This document shows positions 54,487 through 64,000 of a stretch of 64,000 nucleotides of DNA, one piece after another. The stretch lies in assembly GCA_973895155.1 (NCBI GenBank), contig OZ316897.1:20153224-20217223 (forward strand). Direction: 5' to 3'. The position numbers and the translations under genes are program-made. The stretch is from Marsupella aquatica (lineage: Eukaryota; Plantae; Marchantiophyta). Numbering within the stretch: the first letter of the stretch is position 1; every line of letters begins with the position of its first letter. Under the pieces are notes generated by a model. The model was not told the origin of the DNA. It worked only from the letters and a program-made list of their open reading frames with translations, and ran no database searches.

Positions 54487-54630
54487 TACTTGAATGGGGG
54501 AATGGCTAGTTGGTGGTGGATTGCACCCTTGTGCTACTAAATGGGCGGAATAGCTAGTTGGTGGTGGATTGTACCCTGGTGCTACTTGAATGGCGGAATA
54601 GCTAGTTCGTGGTGGATTGCACCCTGGTGC
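54487..54630. repeat. 48-bp tandem repeat x3
   Basis: gctagttggtggtggattg(c/t)accc at 54505, 54553 and 54601. Confidence 0.9.
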
Positions 54631-57600
54631 GCATCGCATGTAGTGTAATGGTCTTCTCTCAATTCCATTTGTGTTGATGCTGTTATATGTCCTGTCTGTG
54701 CTGGCCACACTGCTTGACGAAAGTGGGCTGGCAACCCTCGCATGCACCCAAACTCACCAGTTCTGGCATGTGGGAGGCTGCTTCGGGTAAGTGGGGCTCC
54801 AAGGTTTGATTTTGCATGGCTACATGGGAATTGAAAAACTAACTTTTACCTACTTTGCCACTAAAGATGTTTGTGTTGACAATTCTGTTGATTTTGGAAT
54901 TGAAAAAACAACTGTTAGCTACTTTGCACTAAATATGTTTGAATTGACAATTCTGCCAGTTATTTTGTATTGACAAATATGCCACTGTTTTGTATATGGA
55001 TGACAAGTTCACCAATATAATCAGGGGAACTATATACAAAAATGCATGACATATTGTAAATACTATAAAAACAATGGCAGTATTCATTTGTAAATTTAAA
55101 CATCTTTAGTGACAATGTATTTAAACGTTGATTGATAAAATGGTTTCCCAAGTCAATCACACTGAAGTTGTCCCTGGCCGGGCATTCCCCATGACTGGCG
55201 GGAATGCTCTTCGGGGGTGTCAAATCTGGTCCCTTTTATTGCAAGGGGTGGAACACTATTGATGGTTGTTAAGGGGGGTTACCTCTATGTTCATGGCCTC
55301 AGCCTGCTCCATTTGGTGTACAAGTGAAACTCATGTTCACACATTCACAAAATCAACAATAGTCTTTTCACAAGTGAACACCGATCAGAACTAGTGATTC
55401 ACACTCAGTCCTTTCAATGGGATCAATCCATATGTCAAGCCAAATGCACCTTGTGTTGAAGTAATTTGTATTCTACACACAACTTGACCACCCCCACCAT
55501 AGACGCTAGAGCTTGTGCTCAAAAGGCTAACATCAGAAGATGAACTTTAAAGTCACCACGAAGGGATGCCTAGTCCTCCCACCCAAAACCCTAACTACTC
55601 ATATAGGACACATACAAAATCCCTAAACCAGGATAGCATATTTATCATTCTACTACTCAAACTGGTGTGACATGTATGTAGTAAGGTTTGTTTAATGGAC
55701 ATTGTCCAGAAAGTACATAAACACACAAAAAACATGTTATATGATACATTGATGTGAGCAACACTTCAGCAGAATAACACTTGTATATGATTTCACTCAC
55801 TTGCTCAAATCCATGCTACTGTGAGCTTCAGCCAGTTTTCCCCACATTGTCCATAACAAGTATAGTTGAATCAATTTGAGACATTTTGCAGGACTCCAAC
55901 AATAACTTTGCAATGTCATCAGAGTACCAAGGAAGTACAAATGTGTTTCTTGCAGTGTACAGAAGCTTTTAGAGCACCAGTTTTCAGTGTACCAAAACAC
56001 TACATGGACACTCAATTTCAGGCTTCAGAATTGGATTTGGCCAGAACTTGTGAACTACTTTTTGTGCTCTGGTCCCCCCCCCCCCCCTCTTCCTGTGCAT
56101 GCGCGCGGACCTCAACCAGAGAAGAAAAGAGGTCTAAATGTCTGAACATGGATTAGCTGGGACCTGGTGAGCAAGGTCAGAACCCGTGAAATGTACAAAC
56201 AACACCTGCCTGCCCCTTGCCTATCCAATGTGCACTCGCTGTGCGGATGCATATATTTTCTCTCTAAGTTACCTTAAACTGAGCGAAAGAGTTTCCCATT
56301 TTGCTTGCCTGAAATCAAAGTTGAAGCCAATGGCAGCACAAAGGTGACAGCAAAAACAAGCAATAATGGTTTGTTCATGAATTTTAGCAGTTTTACCCTG
56401 AGTCAGTGTTCCTCAAGCATGTGGGTTGACAAGCACCAGGTATTGCATGTTTGCTAGAAAGGGCACTCTGAAGAGACCCATTATGTAATGTTGTACCCGG
56501 CCAAAAACATCTCACCCTCTCACCCAACAAGCACTGTCTTCAAGCACTGGCAGTCCTATCAAGTGAAACAAAGATTGGGGGTTGAGCAGTATCATTATCC
56601 TTTGAGCACCAGCATATTTCTCAAAGCTTTGTCAGGGGACTCCCAATGATTGAATTTATTTTCATTTAATCCCCAATTATCTGTTCAAGTTAGTGGTCTC
56701 CAAGGTTTGATTCTTCAAGACCAACTCTGGTGATCTGAAAGCATTGATTGATTTGGAATCACTCTATCCGAGTGCTGAAAGGATTGGTCCTTGACTTGCA
56801 ACAGAAATGATTCCCATCTTTCTTAGTATGAGAGGGAGAAGGGCTGGCTGCTCTAGGTGGCAACTAACAAAAGAAGTGATCAGACTAGGTTTAGAGACTA
56901 ACAGAAATTCCTAATGTATCAGACTAATTTTTTAATTTCATTTTAATTATTTTAAAGAGGAAATCTGTGAAACCCACAGAAAGGGAAGAGTGAGTCACAA
57001 TAGTTGAACCCAAGACCTATGGGTCTCTACTCAAGTGAGCTACCACAAATTCATGCATCTCTGGGCAATTTATCAGACTAATTATTTAATCATTAGACTA
57101 AATCATAGACTAATCAAGCTTGGATGGACCTCTAAGTTCGACAAATTGCCTCCATGGATGTTTGTAAGCCCAATGTATTGCATTTTACTCACAACTACCC
57201 AAATGCCTTGTACTTAGACTCCCAAGTCCTACTCACAAGCATAGTCTAAATATCAAACAAATCTTTTATTAGAGAATTTACCCAGACTCCCATGCCCACC
57301 TCTACTCACAAGCATAATCCAAATATCAATTCTTTTTGTTTCCATAGCAACTATGACATATGGTTTCACTCTACAAAGTAGGTCAAGAACACTAGACTAG
57401 CCTGATTGCCCAAGCTTTGCTAGACTCACTCTTGCCTTCCCCATCTGTTCCCTCACCCATAGCTCTCGAACACCCAGCATCATAGATAATTCATTGTAGA
57501 TATAGGCTCCCAGTGTAGCTTTTGATAGCAAATTATTAGCTGGATGTCAAGAGGTGAGTATTGTTAACTAGCCTGAGTGCCCCTTCTCAGTTCCGCTACC

Positions 57601-58373
57601 CTAGAGTCAATCGGAGACCCTTGGCACACTAGACAGTTAGCCCTTATCCCAGCTCTTTTTCTCATGGCCTTATCCTAGTTTCAATGGTGCTTTACTAGAT
57701 AGCTAGATTAGTCCATCTTGGAACATCTCATTCGTATAAATAGGCAATACATTAGGGTGTTTTCAAAGCTTCATAGTTACATGTGATGGCTTTTGGCCAT
57801 AGCTTTTACACAGGATTATGTAAACAAAATTAATCTATATTTTAAGTGGCCTCTAGAGCAACTTATGGTCATGGCGTTGGCATATGACCAATCTTTATAA
57901 CAAAAAGTTATGTATCATGAATTTGATAGAGTTATGGATCAAGAATTTGGTAGTCTATAAATTTTTCTGTTTGTAAACCTTGACTACTAAGATAAGGTCC
58001 ATCAGATTTTGAGGTATGAGACCCCTACTAAATTCTGATATAAACAATATTTATTTGACTTTCAACGAGCCATTCAGCTGAGGTGTAAATTGATCTGACA
58101 GTAAGCTTTAAAAACATACAGTAAAACCGGTGTCATCTGTTTTGCGCATTCACTGATTCACGTTCACGTTCACTGTGGACACCTTCGAAGACGCCATGCT
58201 CTAATCCCAGACAGCAGTCGAGAAATCGGGCTGTGTATTCTCATGTTTTGCTGTTGGTGACAGAGTCGCAAGCCCATAAATGAGAGCATAATTGAATCAG
58301 GATTCCGTGCACCGCTCATTCCATTCTTCAAAGGGAGATTTCGCTGCTTTTGAGGCATTTGTCTCTGGAAGCC

Positions 58374-61300
58374 ATGGCGACTGTGGCTGTTTCCTGGCCA
58401 GGGTCTGCCGCATTGAATTCCTTAAACCTTCACAAGTTTCCCTTCGTGATTTCTCGTCATGACGCCCGTGCCACTCTGAATGGCCGGAGTGGTGTAGCTG
58501 GAATGATTCACAGGAATGGCAGGATTTGCAGAAGGGAGCGGATTGGAAAGAGTAGCGGAGTTGCTGTTTGCTCATCTTGGGATTTTCAACATGGGAAGAG
58601 GCAGGGCATTGTGTGCTCCTGCTCAGGGAGTGCTCGCTCACAGGAGAGAGTAGCAGAGCTGGCAATTCAGAAGTTTAGGGCATCAGAAGAGGAGGATGGG
58701 GATGGAAGAAGCTCCGAGACAATTTGGAGGAAGATTATGGAAATAACTACTGCTGTAGTCCTCTCTGCCATTATTTCTCTCTCCGGCAGCGCTGACTACA
58801 ATTCAGTCTTAGCCGTGGAGGTGACTTTGGACTCTTCCTCGGCCCCTTCATCCTCTGAAGATCTCCGTGTTAGATTGGACAATCCTGAATGCTCCGGGAA
58901 GGCGATAATTCGAGTCGCAGATGAACCAAGTATCTCGTCAGCAGAGCCGGTGACAAATGAGTCAGTTGTGGAGGAAGCCTGGCAGGTTGTCAATGAGAAT
59001 TTTCTAGATGCACGGCGCCATTCTTGGTCTGCGGAAGAATGGGCGGTAAGATCTGTTTGGCCATCTCTCCCCCTCAAGCTTGACCGCGAGCTACCAATAC
59101 TGAATGAAGTGAATGACAGGGAGGGGATGCAGATGATGAATCGGTCGGTGTTGATGCAGACGATGAATTCCAGTCAGTGTTGATGCAGATGATGAATTCC
59201 AGTCGGTGTTGATGCAGATGATGAATTCCAGTCAGTGCTGAATTTAGTGCAGGAAACAACTATTGTGTCATATTTTCATGTAGGTCCCAGTAGAGGGTCT
59301 CTAGACGTCAGAGTAATATATTATTAGAGACACAATAATTTTGACATACTTCTTTAAAAAAAGACACTGCATTTCCCTACCATCGCCGACTGAGTAATGT
59401 TCAAATATTCAGTAATCTGGTTGCTTCCTCTTTTCAAGTTACTGGTAACTTGAAGACTTCGTTGGATGCTGAAATATTATCGTTAAACAGTGTGATTCCG
59501 CATATGAACTGTAGTGGGGTTATCTTCTTTCAGAAATTAAGGGAAGACGTCCTCAAAAGGCCGATTCGCAGCAGAATGGCAGCTTACGGGGCAATCAAAG
59601 GAATGCTGGCGACATTAAATGATCCATACACACGTTTTCTAACTCCCGATCAGGTGAGCAAATCGCTACTTGATATTCATGTCGTGTACTAGTTAGTGCC
59701 GTAGAATTTTCTGATTGTGTACGTTGTTTGTTCGACTCCTGTCTGGATTTTATTTAACCAACATAGTGCACGACTACTGAATTAAGGTCATTTTCCAGAG
59801 AGTGCAGTTGCTCATTTCATCATATGCAGTGGACCTTTGGTAAAGCCGATCCGGCTTGTTAGTTTTGGAATGTTTCACATCTCCTTCCTCGAGATTAGTC
59901 CCCACTTTATTTATCGCGCGCTGATTTTGGTGGGCCTGTTTCGTGGCAGTTTAGGGAGCTGTCTAAGTATGATGTGACAGGAGTTGGGCTCAACATTGGC
60001 GAGCTTGAAAATGGCAAGGGACAAGTCAGACTTGCGGTCCTTGGGATTGTGCTGGGAAGTCCTGCGCAGATGATGGGCGTCAGACAGGTCTGCGGATGAT
60101 CAATGAGATTCTTCTTGCTTGAATAAGGATTGAGCCGAGATAAAGTGGTTGTGCGTATTCATACCGTGCTGCTCTTAATTTTCCATTGGTGGAAATTAGA
60201 GTTGCAGAGTTAGGTTGGAATCCTCCATTCTGTTTGTTAGATTCGGTTGTCCGAAGTGCTTCAAACCAGGTTGATGTTCATGAGTCCCAAACAGTCATGG
60301 AGGCTCTGTAAAATATTCCTAGAGTGCCAGTGACGAGGACAGTGCTTGTTGTATTCTTTGGGTGCTGTTAGGGTGATGAGTTGTTGACCGTAAATGGGAC
60401 CAGTGTCGACGGCTTGTCTGCGTTTGAAGCAGCATCTCTCATCCAAGGACCGAAGGGAACTCCAGTGTCAATTCAGGTCCATCTCTTCCACGCATGTTCT
60501 TCTCCTTACTGTGCATGTTGTGAGCATTGAGAATTGCATAGCAAGGTACTAGGTTGGAATCTGACAATCCAGTGCGTTTGCAGATCAGACATAGCCCTTG
60601 TGAGGATGCGAAGATGATTACAGTGCCTAGGCAGCAAGATGTTCGAACTCCAGTTTACTATCGCTTAGAGCGTGCGCAAAATTCAGGAGAGCTAATGGGA
60701 TACATCCGGCTGCGTGAATTCAACGCTTTAGCTAAGAAAGATCTCGTTATTGGTAAGCTGCTTGAGAAAGGTTTACGCCTTCTTAGCTGTCTGTGGTTGA
60801 AGCACTAAGAAATGGACTATGACTATGTATTCCATGTTCTGGATGATGACTATCCCGTCTCGTCGTTGTTTCGAAAAACGGTGGTGGCTAGGTAACCTGA
60901 CCAGAGTTTCGTTCATTGCGAAATGCAAGTTTTTATTAACCGAATTACAGCTAAAATTCTTGTTTGCAAGACCAACAAGTTTAATGTTATACCCGTCCAT
61001 TGATGTGTTTGTAAGTTCAGCTATGACGAGACTACAAGAAGCAGGTGCGACTTCATTTATGCTGGATTTGCAAGATAATCCTGGTGGCCTTGTGCAGGTG
61101 CGTGAATTCCTAGTGATTTAGAGCTCCTAAATGTGCTTAGTTTCAGGTTGTACCTTGAACGCTTGACGATCTCATGTAGTAGCTGTTTTATCCTTTAGAC
61201 AGCTGATGTAGTAGCATATGTATGGAAGTGAAAAGTCAGTTGCCAAACGTCTATTAGCTGTGTCATCCTTCGGTAAATTTTGATATGAATCCGTATTTTG

Positions 61301-63081
61301 ACTGATGGTGCTGTTATTGCTGCGGCTTCTCAGGCAGGAGTAGAGGTTGCACGACTTTTCCTGGATGGCGGTGAAACGGTATGTTTTGGGGACCACTGTC
61401 TGTTGTTGTGCTGAGCGGGAATACATGAATGATAGCTTGACTTGTAAAGCCTAAGCCCTGTTTATCGAGGTGTATCCTATTCGATAGAGAAGCCGCTATT
61501 TGCGGTTTGCATTCACGGTTTGAGAGTTCTGGAATACTCGTCTAAGTTCGATTTCTATTGGATGGATTCACATTTTGAAGATAAGCAGGTGATACAGACA
61601 GTGGGGAGGGATCCAGCAAACTTCAAGAGCATCATTGCCACTAATTCTCCGTTGACAAAGGCCCCTCTCATGGTACATTTGCATTCACACCTCAACTCTT
61701 TGTTTCCACGATTGGTGTGAGTAGTTCTTTATGGTCGTGGAACAAGTCTATGTATTCAACTGTCGAGCTGAGAACAGTTGGCTTTCATGGTGAAGTTGAT
61801 CTCCATTAGTGTTGATTCTACGTGACTGGATTGAGCAGCTCTGAGGGGCGGATTGGCTGTTGTGCATCTTCGTTGTACGAAGGCAACTAAATGGACCTCT
61901 ATATTCCTTTCAGAGGCAAAGCTTGTTTGTCCTTGATAGTCTATTTGTCATTCCATGACTAGAAAACTATGTTTCCAATATGGAACACATGCATCATTTC
62001 CTTTCTCAAACCTTTGCCAGCAGTGCTAAGTTCAAGTAGCTATTGTTCTGGAGGTCTCTCGAAAAACATTCGATGTCGCAACCTGGAAGTCTGTATTGGT
62101 GCAAGTCTTTTATTCGTTTTCTCCTTTGCAGGTGCTTGTTAACGATCGCACGGCAAGTGCAAGTGAAATTGTATGTCCCAGAACTTGAATTTACTGTTCA
62201 CGTTCATTTATTGTTTGTGTTATACATCTTTCCAGCGGATGTGGATGTTGAGTTTCATTAGCCATCCTCTTTTCTCACAAACTCGTTATATTTCCTTTAT
62301 TGAGAGCATTCAATTGCTTGTCCGTTAGATGATGTACTCTGGACATAAATATATTTTATTGAGGCACTGGATGAAAAACTACATGTACTCTGGACATAGC
62401 TGTGCTTTATTGAGGCATTGGATGAAAGACTCTTGGTCTCGCTTGTGATGCACATATGACAGGTGGCTGCAGCTCTCCATGATAATTGTCGAGCTATCCT
62501 GGTTGGAAATCGAACGTTTGGGAAGGTACGACATTGCAAGTACTGTATTCTTTCGTCATAGCATGACCAGGAAATTAGTTATCAGATCACAGAAGAGGAA
62601 GCACCCTCTACGTGTGGTTCTTTCTTACAGTTGACTATGCAATCAATAGCACGAACAAGTAAAGGCATGGAAGCAAAATATCTGCTGAATGTCTGCAGTT
62701 TGTCACGCTTTATGTTTCTAATATATTACTCCTACTGCCTTGCTTTTCTAATTGGCGCAGGGTTTGATTCAGTCGGTGTATGAGCTTAGTGATGGTTCAG
62801 GACTCATTCTCACTGTTGGGAAATACGTAACGCCGGGTAAAATTGACATAGATGGGAACGGCATTGAGCCTGATTTCAAAAACCCACCAGGTACGTTGAA
62901 AAGTCGTCCTGATTAAGTTACTACCAGCCAAGATGTCCATGTCTTGCTATTTGTTTGCCCTACTTTAATCACACTAATGAGCTCATCCGTCTTTTCGATA
63001 GGATTGCCTGAAGCTAAGCAAAAGCTGGGGAGCTGTTCATTGCGCCTCAAGGAGAACACCCCTGGTACAGCTAGGCTATAG
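58374..63081 (+). CDS. ctpA: Chloroplast carboxyl-terminal processing peptidase (S41 family, CtpA; CTPA1-like)
   Basis: 12 exons: 58374-59045, 59534-59653, 59950-60087, 60372-60476, 60584-60752, 61021-61097, 61334-61378, 61589-61672, 62132-62170, 62463-62525, 62761-62890, 63002-63081. Motifs MLATLNDPYTRFL, PDZ TGVGL, GYIRLREFN, LDLQDNPGG, catalytic TASASEI and RTFGKG; long transit peptide. Confidence 0.93.
59126..59239. repeat. 29-bp intronic tandem repeat x4 in ctpA intron 1
   Basis: gatgcagatgatgaattccagtc(a/g)gtgtt units. Confidence 0.9.
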
Positions 63082-64000
63082 TGGACTTTGGAGAAAGCCT
63101 CAGCTTATGAGTGTAGGAAAATTGCTGATTTGTTCGGGGACTCTTGCAGTCTGGATTTGTAGAATTTCAAGTAAAGCAATTTTATTGTAGCTGTAGTTTC
63201 TCCTAGATAAGGGCACATATCTGCAACAGATCTGTAAGGGCTGAAGCTCTGAGCTCAAAAATTGTAAGTTCATCTGAGCTGAGTCAAGTCATTGTAAACC
63301 AAACATTCTGTTCACGGATCCAGTCTGTTTGTTTAGTAGGCTATCATACTTACCATATACACCTACCGTCACAGCAGTCTACTTACACGTGCACCACACT
63401 TTGCGTCTATCAATTTCTGAGCCAGAATACCAAAGCTTTAGGCATAGACAGATTGAAGTCGAGGGTTAAAAGTCCATTTCTTCCTGACCGTCAATTCTCT
63501 GTCCTTGGCAACAGTCTCTACTTCGACTTCTTAGCAAATCGTTCATTCCAACATATTTTCCTTTACTAATCGACAGGAAGGTCACCCATTACAACATCAA
63601 AGATGCACAGTTATCCTGAATATCCAATTTGTCTCTTCTCTAGGGGAAGTTACATAGCACAATGATTGGAGAGCAATCCACACGTCCACGACACCAGTTT
63701 TTTACATTGATCTGAGTGTCGTGGAAGGCACTTTAATTGTTTATTTTGTACAGGGAGACTTCAATCTGCGCATTTCGTGAAGTCTCCCTAGGCGAAATGA
63801 GCAGAGACCAGCTGGGTTGCAAATTTCTTGCACTGTAGAACAATCAGCTAAGTCCACAATATCAGTAGAAAGCATCCTGAAGAAGAAATGCAATCCATCA
63901 TGAACAATGGATGGCACTGTAAAATTGTGTAAGAAACACTAACATTGCCTATTGACAAAGCCCACCACCTCATGAGTACCGTAGGACGTGTCGATAGAAA

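Overview
Eukaryotic land-plant nuclear DNA. A liverwort (Marchantiales-like) origin is inferred from the CDPK exon architecture. Four intact, complete intron-containing genes were traced by GT-AG sites: an uncharacterised probable plastid single-TM protein (-), a calcium-dependent protein kinase (+), an F-box/LRR protein (-) and a CtpA C-terminal processing peptidase (+). A Timeless/TIM1 homolog (-) runs off the window start. The stretch from about 6.5 to 41 kb is a rearranged accessory zone. It holds a 5.9-kb non-autonomous CACTA element with intact TIRs and TSD and a nested MITE, an intronless DEAH-box (Prp2/DHX16/ESP3-type) retrocopy with a late frameshift, a truncated Copia element, a malectin-like pseudo-exon, and three scattered fragments of the Timeless gene. 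The strongest signal is a tandemly duplicated, mutually exclusive 128-nt EF-hand exon pair in the CDPK (45942-46069 and 46132-46259). The exons are separated by a 62-nt intron in which the upstream 5' splice site can base-pair with the downstream candidate branch point. All calls are by eye; no database searches were run.
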